Shown one piece after another: positions 55,824 to 64,000 of a DNA stretch of 64,000 bases (its first letter is position 1; every line of letters starts with the position of its first letter). The stretch spans positions 2,400,001-2,464,000 of the forward strand of contig OZ242374.1 of assembly GCA_965209055.1 (NCBI GenBank). Reading direction: 5' to 3'. The stretch is from Acidobacteriota bacterium. GTDB lineage: Bacteria > Acidobacteriota > UBA6911 > RPQK01 > JAJDTT01. Below the pieces are notes generated by a model that had not been told where the DNA came from, did no database searches, and saw only the letters and a list, made by a program, of their open reading frames with translations. Made by a program: the position numbers and the translations under genes.

Positions 55824-58430
55824 TCATCGCCGGAAGTGCCAGTTGGTGGTGTTGCCGGGCGGTGGATAGTTGGATTCGGACGCCTTCCCGTCCCGGGAAT
55901 GGATGAAGACGCGGATCTCCGTAGCTGCCGGATCGGGGAAGTCGAGGAGCGAGAATTCGTACAGGTAGCCGCTGTTGTCGATCTCTGAGCTGCCGTAGGT
56001 CCTGACGACGTCCTTCCGGTATCGGCCGGTCCGTCCCGCGTACAGGAATTCTCCGTCCCGAAACAGGACGATGGATCGAGGCAGGACGCGTTTTCCCACG
56101 TCGGCCCCCCAACCGCCGATGAAAATCCGGCTTCGGTCCGGGCTCGGGCGCGAGACGACCCACCCGGTGACGCCCGGGTCGCCGATGGGGATTTCCGCCC
56201 CTTCCGGTGTCACCAGGAGGGTTTCCGCCCCGGACACATCCAGCCGGTAGGAAGCCGGGGCGGGGACTTTCACGGACAGGAGCGCGAGGCTGGATTCGGT
56301 CCGGCGCGTCTCGTAGATTCGAATCTGGTTGCTGCCGTCCCGGAAGGCCGATTCCGGGACGATGGCCGAGAAGACGGTTGCTCCGCCCAGTTGCGAGGTC
56401 CGGGTCACTGCGCGGACCGCTCCGTTGACGCCGATGGCGAGGGTCCGGCCGGTCTGGGCGCCCTGGCCTCCGAGAACCCTTCCCGAGATTCTTGACAGCA
56501 GGAAGGTGGAGTCGAGGTCGACCTGCCGGTGCAGGTGGGCTCCGTCGACCTCCACCGTCAGGTCCGAGTGCCCTTGGATCAACGCGTCCGTCCGCTGGCC
56601 CACCAGTTCGGCATGAGGTCCGATCCGGTAGAGATCCTGCTTCGAGAGTTCACCGTTCGCGGCGCCGAAGAGCGCCAGCTTCCGTTCGAGGCTCTCCCAG
56701 CGCGCCTCCAGGCGGGGGTCGAACGAGAATATCTCGCCGTCGTCGGTGTAGACGATCTTGTCGGGCCGTTCCGGAGCCTCGGCGGAAAGGGCCGACTGGC
56801 CCTCCAGTGGCCAGTCCGTTTCGCTGCCCAGAAGCTCCACCAGGGTCGGCAGGATGTCCATGCTCTCCACGTTGCGGTCGCTTACGACTCCCCGCCGTTG
56901 TCCCGGCGCCTTGACGATCAACGGGACGGAAATGATGTCCATGTAGTTGGTGGCGGTCACCAGGCGGCGGGAGTCGCCGGGGCGGAAGCTGGCTCCGTGG
57001 TCGGCGGTGATGACCAGTAGCGTGGAGTCGAAGAGGTTCCGCTCACGAAGCCGCTGGACCAGTTCTCCGACCAGGCGATCCAGGAACATGACCTGCAGGA
57101 GGTGGCGCTGGTAGGACTGGATCACCAGCCACCGATCGTCCAGCCACTGATTCACGTCGAGACCCTGGTTGTTGGGTCCCACCACCCCGGCCACGCCCGG
57201 CCGCTCCGAGAGCGTGTACAACTTGCCCGAAGGAAGGTAGATCCAACTGGCGTGGGGAAGCATGGAGTGCAGGAAATAGAGAGCCGGCGGTCCGTCCTCC
57301 CGAATGGATTCGACGAAGTTCCGAAAACGGTTCGCCCGTCTCGACCAGTCGACATGGAAATCCTTCCAGGTTCGCCGGATCGGGCCGGGAGCGCCCGGGT
57401 CCAGGAACTGGTTCCAGGTCTGGGTCACCGGCGGAAGCCATCGCGAGGCCCATGACGCCGGCAGCAGGAGATGGAGATAGGCGACCGACAGGTCCTCCAC
57501 CAGCAACCGGAAGCGGGGAACGAAGGGCGCAGGTGTTCTCCGGGGGTTCAATCCGGTGACGTTTTCCCGGATTTCAAGTTCGTGGGAGCCGGAAAGGAGC
57601 GAGAAGAGGTTCCTGGGGTATTCGCGAAACAGAGGCAGTGGGAAGGGGCGCTGCTTGGGCAGGGTCCCCGACAAGATCACCGGAATCGACAACAGGGTGC
57701 TCTCGTTGTTGGTGGTCGCGTTCCGGAACCAGTAGGAGTTTTCCGCCAACTCGGCCAGGTTGGGGAAGAGGTTCGAGTCGATCTCCCGGCGCTCGTTGAG
57801 CAGGGAAATGAGGGGGAACTCGTCGAAGATCACCATCACCACGGGCGCTTTGGCGCCGGTCCCGGCCTCCACCTGGGAATCCGGTTCGGGAAGGATCAGC
57901 TTCCGGATCTCCGAATCCAGGAGGAACAGGACGGGAAACAGCACGGCTGCAGGGATCAGATAGGACAGATAGGTCCTGATCACCGCAAATCGGCGGTACG
58001 CCAGCACGAAGGCCGTTCCGGAGAGCAGGGCAAGGACCAGCGACGCCCCTTCGGGTGCCGGAAGTCTCTTGAGCGCCTGCAGGACGAGTCCCGCGGTCAG
58101 GAGGCCCAGAAGAGCCTGGTAGGTCCCGAGGCCCAACTGCGGGTGGACCCTGGCCAAACTCCGGACCACGATCGCCGCCGCTCCCGGCAACAGGAGCGAC
58201 AACATCAGGGTCAGCAGGAGGATGTCCACCCGTTCGCTCTGGTGGGCCGGCAGGAACTCAGGGTGCCGGGTCAGGAGGTCGTAGATGGGCTGCGCCGTGG
58301 TGAACGCCGACAGAACCAGGAGGTGGATGATCCGGATTTGAATCCCGGCGGCTGGATTTCCTCGGCTCGGGTTACTCATCAGAGGCGGTCCCCGTCGGGC
58401 GTCCATGGGTGTTCCCCACGGCGCCGACAT
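55824..58430 (-). CDS. Membrane-anchored sulfatase-like/alkaline phosphatase superfamily transferase (LtaS-like)
   Basis: About 5 N-terminal transmembrane segments; IFDEFP, Thr nucleophile region NESTLLS, LPHA, ITADHG and VPLIVK; start codon uncertain. Confidence 0.75.
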   Translation of the reverse strand: MSAPWGTPMDARRGPPLMSNPSRGNPAAGIQIRIIHLLVLSAFTTAQPIYDLLTRHPEFLPAHQSERVDILLLTLMLSLLLPGAAAIVVRSLARVHPQLGLGTYQALLGLLTAGLVLQALKRLPAPEGASLVLALLSGTAFVLAYRRFAVIRTYLSYLIPAAVLFPVLFLLDSEIRKLILPEPDSQVEAGTGAKAPVVMVIFDEFPLISLLNERREIDSNLFPNLAELAENSYWFRNATTNNESTLLSIPVILSGTLPKQRPFPLPLFREYPRNLFSLLSGSHELEIRENVTGLNPRRTPAPFVPRFRLLVEDLSVAYLHLLLPASWASRWLPPVTQTWNQFLDPGAPGPIRRTWKDFHVDWSRRANRFRNFVESIREDGPPALYFLHSMLPHASWIYLPSGKLYTLSERPGVAGVVGPNNQGLDVNQWLDDRWLVIQSYQRHLLQVMFLDRLVGELVQRLRERNLFDSTLLVITADHGASFRPGDSRRLVTATNYMDIISVPLIVKAPGQRRGVVSDRNVESMDILPTLVELLGSETDWPLEGQSALSAEAPERPDKIVYTDDGEIFSFDPRLEARWESLERKLALFGAANGELSKQDLYRIGPHAELVGQRTDALIQGHSDLTVEVDGAHLHRQVDLDSTFLLSRISGRVLGGQGAQTGRTLAIGVNGAVRAVTRTSQLGGATVFSAIVPESAFRDGSNQIRIYETRRTESSLALLSVKVPAPASYRLDVSGAETLLVTPEGAEIPIGDPGVTGWVVSRPSPDRSRIFIGGWGADVGKRVLPRSIVLFRDGEFLYAGRTGRYRKDVVRTYGSSEIDNSGYLYEFSLLDFPDPAATEIRVFIHSRDGKASESNYPPPGNTTNWHFRR

Positions 58431-58496
58431 TCCAGCAGAAGGACCTGAACGAGCGCAAGAAGAGAGGGGTGACTGGAGGCGCCTTTCTTTTCGCCG

Positions 58497-58578
58497 GGAG
58501 GGGCGATTTCCTAATCGCCCATTCTTCCCTCTACCTTTCTGTTACGTGGGAGTCCGGCGGTCAGGAAACCGCCGTTCC
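58497..58578. repeat. REP-like inverted dyad, same family as 49337-49431
   Basis: GGAGGGGCGATTTCCTAATCGCC (58497-58519) and GGCGGTCAGGAAACCGCCGTTCC (58556-58578). Confidence 0.55.
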
Positions 58579-58662
58579 GCACTCTTCCCCTGCCGTGTTA
58601 TGTTTTCTTCGGTCCGGCCCAGGGCGGGGAGCCGAGTGGATCGGGCCGGCCCGGCGAGTCCC

Positions 58663-59511
58663 ATGGAACATCTCGTTCGTCCGCTGTCACCGGCCTCCGT
58701 CGTGCTGGATCTGGGTGCGGGACCGGGGAGTTTTTCCTATGCCGGGACCGAGGCGCGAGTCTTGGCTCTGGACGTGGATTTTCCCGGCGCCGCGCAAGAA
58801 CCTTGGGCCCGGGTGCTGGGTGACTCGGGTGCGATTCCCCTCGGCCAGGAGACCGTGGACGTGGTGGTCTGCAACCATACGCTGGAGCACTTTCCGGACT
58901 GCCGTCAGGCCATAAGGGAAATCGATCGGGTGCTCCGGCCGGGGGGCTCCCTCTGGGTTGCGGTGCCCGACGGCGGTTGTCTGGACGACCGGCTGTATCG
59001 CTATCTCTTTCTCGGAGGAGGTCATGTCAACCGCTTTTCTCTCGCCAGCCTGGTGGAAGCGATCGAGACCGGCACCCGTCTTCGGGCCCGTTCCTGCAAG
59101 AAGCTCTTCACCGGGTTCGTCTATCTGAATCCTCCCGATCCGGAAAAAGTCCAATATTATCCCCCGCGGGCACAGTTTCTGGCGCGGATCCCGTCCCGAG
59201 TGTTGAGGACTCTGCTTCGCTGGATGAATTATGGGGTTCGGGTGCTGGATCGTATTTTTCGGACCCGTTTGAGCCAGTACGGCTGGGCGCTCGTGGCCCG
59301 GCGGGAAGACGACGACTCGGGACCGGCGACCGATCCGTCCCGACTTGGAGTCGAATCCGGCGACACCAATGTCTGTTTTGCCTGTGGGGACGGCCATGTG
59401 GAGGCGACGCTGAAGCCCGTTCGCATCCTTTTCCTGACCTTTTTCCAATGTCCCAATTGTGGGACTCGCAACCTCATGTCTCCCCTGAGGGATTCTTCAG
59501 GACCGGTTTGA
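58663..59511 (+). CDS. Class I SAM-dependent methyltransferase with C-terminal Zn-ribbon
   Basis: VLDLGAGPG, NHTLEH and RVLRPGG; C-terminal CFAC...CPNC; start codon uncertain. Confidence 0.8.
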   Translation: MEHLVRPLSPASVVLDLGAGPGSFSYAGTEARVLALDVDFPGAAQEPWARVLGDSGAIPLGQETVDVVVCNHTLEHFPDCRQAIREIDRVLRPGGSLWVAVPDGGCLDDRLYRYLFLGGGHVNRFSLASLVEAIETGTRLRARSCKKLFTGFVYLNPPDPEKVQYYPPRAQFLARIPSRVLRTLLRWMNYGVRVLDRIFRTRLSQYGWALVARREDDDSGPATDPSRLGVESGDTNVCFACGDGHVEATLKPVRILFLTFFQCPNCGTRNLMSPLRDSSGPV

Positions 59512-61122
59512 ATGGGCCCGTCTCCCGATCTTTCAGGTGAAACCGGTTCCCGGTTCGGAATGAAGTTCCGGCACTACTCCGTCCGGATACTCCTGGCGCT
59601 GGGGGTGACGGCCCTCTGCCTGGCTCTGGCCGCTCCCCTGGCGATGAAGTTCCTGCGGCCGGCGCTGCTTCACTTCCTGCTCGACAACCTCTCGGACGCC
59701 CGGCGGTCGGAGCTCTACGAGTCCCTGGCCGCCCGGGCCGGTCAGTTCTACGACGCCGTGCCCGAACCCGCGGTGGGCCGCTTGGGGAAGAGGGGCGTCG
59801 TGACTCGATACCGGGGCGCCGAGGTCCGGATCAACAACGCGGGCATGCGGAGCTCCATCGACTACCGGGCCAAGCCGAAAGGGGTTTTTCGGATCGTCTG
59901 CCTGGGAGACTCCTATGTGTTCGGGACCGGCGGACCGGAGGCGGACCGGTTCTGCGATCAGATTGGAGACTTTTACCGAAGCCGCGAAATCCGGGCCGGC
60001 GGCAAGTCCATCGAGACCTATGCCCTGGGGCTCGACAGTTGGACCCTGTCCCAGGAAGCGTCCTATCTCTCCAGCCGGATCTCCGCCTACGATCCGGACG
60101 TCATCCTGCAACTGAGCGTCTCCAACGACATCACCCCCCTGGCCGGCGTCAACGGCCTCGGCATGGCCACCTACGAATTCAGCCCCGAGGTGAGGCAATG
60201 GGGCTCCGGACTGTTTTCAAACCAGGCAGCGCGGTATTTCGGCGAGCGGAACTTCAGCGCCCTGGCGTGGAGCCTCTCGCCCCAGAGCCGGAAGGAGTGG
60301 GGCCGCGCCTTCTCGGCCTTGGGCCGCCTGGTGGACCTGCAACAGGGAAGGGAGGGCAAGATCCTGCTCTCGGTCCTGGACTACCCCTTCTCCGGCCAGT
60401 TCTTCAGCGAGCTCTACACGTGGCATTTTCGCCAGTCACAGCTCCAGGCCCCCTTTCTGGCGACCTCGTTCCTGCCTTCATTCGAGACGCAACTGACGCA
60501 TGACGCGCACCCCAACCGCCTGGGAAACAGTTATCTGGCCGCCCACTATGTTCACGCCCTGAATCGGCTCGGATGGATTCCGGTTCCCGACTCGGATCTG
60601 CCTCACCTGCCGGAAGGGCTCGACCTGGACCTCAATCCTGAACCCGATCCGGACCGTCTGAAGCGGGATCGGGAGGAATTCGTCTCCACTCACCTGCGGT
60701 CCAGCCTGGACTTCGGCCGGTTGACCCGCGGGGAGACCCGGGCATTTCTGGGGGGCATCTTTCCGGACCAGGGGGGAGAGAACGCGCTTCAGGGCTATCC
60801 TTGGGCCTCCATCCGAAGCGGTTTTCTCATGAGCCGGCTGGAGGGGGGCCGCGAGCGCCGACTGTTGCTGGAGATCCGGATTCCAGCCCTCCCCGAGATC
60901 TTTCCTTTCAGTCTGAGGGTCTCGGCGGAAGGCACGGAGATCGCCTCCCTGGTCCTGGAGGATCCCGGTCCTTCAAATCATTACCGGTTGGAGGGGGAGC
61001 TTCCCGCATTGGACCGGCGGGAGCCGGCCCGGGAGATCGTCCTCGTGGCCTCGTCCTACTTTGCCGGCATCGGCAACCCGAGGATGAAGTCGTTCCGCCT
61101 GGTGTCGGCGCAACTCGAGTAG
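59512..61122 (+). CDS. Membrane-anchored SGNH/GDSL hydrolase family protein
   Basis: N-terminal transmembrane segment; CLGDSYVFG, SND and DAHPN motifs. Confidence 0.8.
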   Translation: MGPSPDLSGETGSRFGMKFRHYSVRILLALGVTALCLALAAPLAMKFLRPALLHFLLDNLSDARRSELYESLAARAGQFYDAVPEPAVGRLGKRGVVTRYRGAEVRINNAGMRSSIDYRAKPKGVFRIVCLGDSYVFGTGGPEADRFCDQIGDFYRSREIRAGGKSIETYALGLDSWTLSQEASYLSSRISAYDPDVILQLSVSNDITPLAGVNGLGMATYEFSPEVRQWGSGLFSNQAARYFGERNFSALAWSLSPQSRKEWGRAFSALGRLVDLQQGREGKILLSVLDYPFSGQFFSELYTWHFRQSQLQAPFLATSFLPSFETQLTHDAHPNRLGNSYLAAHYVHALNRLGWIPVPDSDLPHLPEGLDLDLNPEPDPDRLKRDREEFVSTHLRSSLDFGRLTRGETRAFLGGIFPDQGGENALQGYPWASIRSGFLMSRLEGGRERRLLLEIRIPALPEIFPFSLRVSAEGTEIASLVLEDPGPSNHYRLEGELPALDRREPAREIVLVASSYFAGIGNPRMKSFRLVSAQLE

Positions 61123-61145
61123 GGGCCGGCCCCCAGGACGCTGAA

Positions 61146-61823
61146 TCACCCGCCGCCGAGAGGCCGCCTGTGGAGACGGGGCACGGGCATTTCGAAGTGG
61201 ACGTCTTCCTGAAGCTGAATGGTCAGAGTGGAGCCCCGGGGCAGGACGACGTCCTCTCCCCGCTTCAAGAGCGCCATAATTCCGCCCACGGCGGCGCCGA
61301 TGGCGGCGCCCGCTGCGGCGCCGCGGCCCATGCGGCCCCGCATGGCGCCGGCAGTGACTCCCACAATGGTCCCGGTCACCGCTCCTCCGGCAGCGCCCGC
61401 CAGGACCTCGCCTGTCGCGCCTCCCTCGCCCTGGATCGTACCCTCTTCGCCGTCCAGATCCGTGGCGTACCCTTCCGAGGTCTGCACACCGGCTCTCATG
61501 TAGCGTGTCGTCCCATCGGGGAGGATCACGGTGTCGAACTTCAGCGTCAGTTCCGCCTTGCCCTTGAGCCGCCCCGCGCGCTTGCTCCTGTCCACGTAGC
61601 CGATGATGTAGCTGCCCACGGGTATCACGATCCGGTCGTGGGCGGTGACGGGGACCTGGACCTGGCTGGAAAACTTGTCTCCGGAGCGGGCCGACTTGGT
61701 GTTCAGGGTCTGCTGCAGGCTGATGAAGACAGCGGACTTTCCGGGAATGATGGTGTCGTCGATGCTCTGACCGCTGAGCGGAATCGTGCTCAGGAGTCCA
61801 GTTGCGAGAAGGCGTTTGATCAT
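61146..61823 (-). CDS. Exported TrbI/VirB10-like beta-domain protein with glycine zipper
   Basis: Signal peptide; LNTKSARSGDKF, IVIPVGS, AGRLKGKAEL, GAAAGAAIGAAVGG and VVLPRGS. Confidence 0.6.
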   Translation of the reverse strand: MIKRLLATGLLSTIPLSGQSIDDTIIPGKSAVFISLQQTLNTKSARSGDKFSSQVQVPVTAHDRIVIPVGSYIIGYVDRSKRAGRLKGKAELTLKFDTVILPDGTTRYMRAGVQTSEGYATDLDGEEGTIQGEGGATGEVLAGAAGGAVTGTIVGVTAGAMRGRMGRGAAAGAAIGAAVGGIMALLKRGEDVVLPRGSTLTIQLQEDVHFEMPVPRLHRRPLGGG

Positions 61824-62007
61824 ACCAATCTCTCCTCCGCCGGCTTGGGCCGTTCGGGACGGCGTGAGGTCTTTCCCGGACCCAAGCCGCATTGATGGGG
61901 TGAGTCTGCTACCGACTCCTCATGCTTAGATTGTACGGGATGCAAAGGGGTTCACCAGGCGTCCGGAGGCCCCCCTTCCGGTGCGGTGGATAGGGATCCG
62001 GACAGAG

Positions 62008-62400
62008 TCACGAACTGGACGACTCGTCTTCATCCGGCCCGCCGGATCCGAAGATCTCGTGGACGGCGGCGATTCCCTCCCAGGCCGCCGGAAACCCGGC
62101 GTAAGGCGCAATGTGAAGCAGGGTCTCCACGATCTCCCGCCGGGTGGCTCCGTTGCGGCGGGCCATGCGGATGTTCAGGTCCAGGCCTCGCTGCCGCCCC
62201 AGCGCCGCCAGGGCGGCGATGGTGCACAGGCTCTTGGTGCGCCGGTCGAGACCGGGCCGGGCCCAGATTTCTCCCGAGAGGAAGCCGATGACGTAGGCTT
62301 CGAAATCGGGTGAGATCTCCTGCCACGCGCGTTGGACCTGCGCGGCCTGATCCTCTCCCAGCATCTCCTTGAGAATCCGGAGTCCCCGTTCCCTGTTCAT
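62008..62400 (-). CDS. Carboxymuconolactone decarboxylase family protein
   Basis: GEIWARPGLDRRTKSL and HIAPYAGFPAA motifs. Confidence 0.88.
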   Translation of the reverse strand: MNRERGLRILKEMLGEDQAAQVQRAWQEISPDFEAYVIGFLSGEIWARPGLDRRTKSLCTIAALAALGRQRGLDLNIRMARRNGATRREIVETLLHIAPYAGFPAAWEGIAAVHEIFGSGGPDEDESSSS

Positions 62401-62410
62401 GTGTGCTCCT

Positions 62411-63187
62411 TCACAGATTCAGACCGGCGCAGACGTGAATGGCCTGGCCGGTGACGCTCCGGGAGGCGTCCGACGCCAGGAACAGGACCATGTCGGTGAT
62501 GTCCTCGGGAGGGATCATGCGCCGGAGAGCGATGTGGTCCGTGAACTCCGCCCTCACCTCGGTGTCGGATAGACCCGTGGCCAGGCGCCGGTCCCGGAGG
62601 ACCCGTTCGATTCGATCCCCTTCCACGGGACCGGGGCAGATGGCGTTGGATCGGACGTTGTAGGGTCCCAACTCGACCGCCAGTGTCCGGCTCAACCCCA
62701 CGACGGCCCACTTGGAGGCGACGTAGGGCGCCCTCAGCGGCAGACCGATACGGCCCGCCATGGACGAGATGTTCACGATGGATCCGGACCGCCGGGCCAT
62801 CATGTGGCGATAGACGGCCTTGGCGCAGAGGAAGGAGCCGGTCAGGTTGACTGCGATCACCTGCTCCCAGTCCTCCAAGGCGACTTCGGAAACGGGCGCC
62901 GTGGGACCGGCGATCCCCGCATTGTTCACCAGGACGTCGATACAACCCCACTGATTCAGGATCGCGGCCACCGCCCGCTCGATTTGCTGAGGCCGGGTCA
63001 GATCCAGGTCGATGGCCAGCGCCTCCCCTCCCTGGTCTTCGATGTCCCGTGTGGTTTCCTCGACGCCCTCGATGTCGGTGACCGCCACCCGGTAGCCATG
63101 CTCCGACAGGGCGAGGCTGATCTTCCGGCCCAGGCCCACTCCGCCGCCGGTGACCATGGCCGTACGCCGAGTGTCCGTGTTTCCCAT
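62411..63187 (-). CDS. SDR oxidoreductase
   Basis: TGGGVGLG, NNAG and YVASK; true start at MGNTDT (63187), since the longer track ORF overlaps hisG. Confidence 0.9.
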   Translation of the reverse strand: MGNTDTRRTAMVTGGGVGLGRKISLALSEHGYRVAVTDIEGVEETTRDIEDQGGEALAIDLDLTRPQQIERAVAAILNQWGCIDVLVNNAGIAGPTAPVSEVALEDWEQVIAVNLTGSFLCAKAVYRHMMARRSGSIVNISSMAGRIGLPLRAPYVASKWAVVGLSRTLAVELGPYNVRSNAICPGPVEGDRIERVLRDRRLATGLSDTEVRAEFTDHIALRRMIPPEDITDMVLFLASDASRSVTGQAIHVCAGLNL

Positions 63188-64000
63188 CAGTCGATGATCT
63201 TGTTGAGAGGATACTCCACGATTCCCACCGCGCCGGCCGCCCGAACCCGGGGCACGATGTCCCGCACCACCGCCTCGTCGATGATGGTGTTGACGGCGGT
63301 CCAGCCCTCGGCCGACAGAGACGAGATGGTGGGTTTCTGGAGAGCGGGCAGGATTTCCAGGACCGCTTCGACGGAATCCCTGGGAACGTTCATCATCATT
63401 CCCACCTTGCCCTCGGCGGCCATGGCTCCCCGCAGCATGAGCGAAATATTCTCGATCTTCTGCCGCTTCCAGGGGTCTTCCCACGCGTCCTGGTTGGCGA
63501 TGAGCCGTGGCGTGCTCACCAGGATCGTATCGATGACCCTGAGGTTGTTGGCGCGCAGGGAGGAACCGGTCTCGGTCACCTCCACGATGGCGTCGGCCAG
63601 GCGGGGAGGCTTCACCTCGGTGGCGCCCCAGGAGAACTCCACGTGCGCTTCCACGCCGTGGCGTTTCAGATAGGCCCGGGTCAGGTTGACCCCCTCGGTG
63701 GCGATATGCTTGCCGGCCAGATCCGCCGGTTCGCGTATGGGAGAGTCCTCGGGAACGGCCAGGACCCAACGCACCGGCTTCCGGCTCACCTTGGAGAAGA
63801 CCAACTCGGCGACTTCGACCACTTGGGCTTCATTCTCCACGATCCAGTCATGCCCGGTCAGACCGGCGTCCATGACTCCATCTTGCACGTAGCGGGCCAT
63901 TTCCTGGGCCCGGATCAGGATGCACTCGATCTCCGGGTCGTCGATGGACGGATAGTAGGACCGGGAGCGGAACCGGATCTGGTATCCGGCCTTGGCGAAG
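63187..64000 (-). CDS. hisG: ATP phosphoribosyltransferase, long form (5' end outside the window)
   Basis: [32 protein letters not shown] and C-terminal regulatory domain ([10 protein letters not shown]). Confidence 0.95.
   Translation of the reverse strand, partial: FAKAGYQIRFRSRSYYPSIDDPEIECILIRAQEMARYVQDGVMDAGLTGHDWIVENEAQVVEVAELVFSKVSRKPVRWVLAVPEDSPIREPADLAGKHIATEGVNLTRAYLKRHGVEAHVEFSWGATEVKPPRLADAIVEVTETGSSLRANNLRVIDTILVSTPRLIANQDAWEDPWKRQKIENISLMLRGAMAAEGKVGMMMNVPRDSVEAVLEILPALQKPTISSLSAEGWTAVNTIIDEAVVRDIVPRVRAAGAVGIVEYPLNKIID

Noticed and set aside
61146-61823. TrbI/VirB10-like gene as evidence for a type IV secretion system
   Set aside because: No other T4SS genes are in the window; it appears to be a stand-alone short protein
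1-64000. CRISPR arrays, rRNA, tRNA, riboswitches and prophage genes
   Set aside because: None seen by eye in the intergenic regions; a covariance-model search (Rfam/Infernal), especially of 34310-35040 and 44570-44915, would be needed to exclude structured RNAs

Overview
High-GC bacterial chromosome segment; the gene content (ECF sigma with zf-HC2 anti-sigma, TrbI-like protein, many exported beta-propeller/hydrolase proteins, PhyH-family dioxygenase) suggests an Acidobacteria-like organism, which is an inference only. It holds about 50 protein genes, mostly accessory catabolic enzymes and transporters, plus a few housekeeping genes (pgm/pmm, pgi/pmi, dapF-like, msrA, rtcB, hisG). Mobile and selfish content: one complete IS5-family element (18-bp TIRs, CTAA duplication), a hipBA-like pair cut by the left edge, an AAA_14/DUF4143 gene beside a DUF2283 toxin-antitoxin-like pair, and two REP-like dyads. 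I found no rRNA, tRNA or CRISPR array. Best leads: (1) two tandem exported double-Cache proteins with no signalling domain, whose N-domains have diverged while the C-domains are about 90% identical; (2) an orphan EhpF/EhpG-like adenylation + aldehyde-dehydrogenase pair without phenazine genes; (3) a DapF with both catalytic Cys replaced by Ser; (4) an NCS2 permease fused to a degenerate RsbW-like domain; (5) a sugar dehydrogenase-lactonase fusion; (6) a YciI gene with an in-frame TAG that the ORF track misses. All family calls come from reading motifs by eye, not from database searches.
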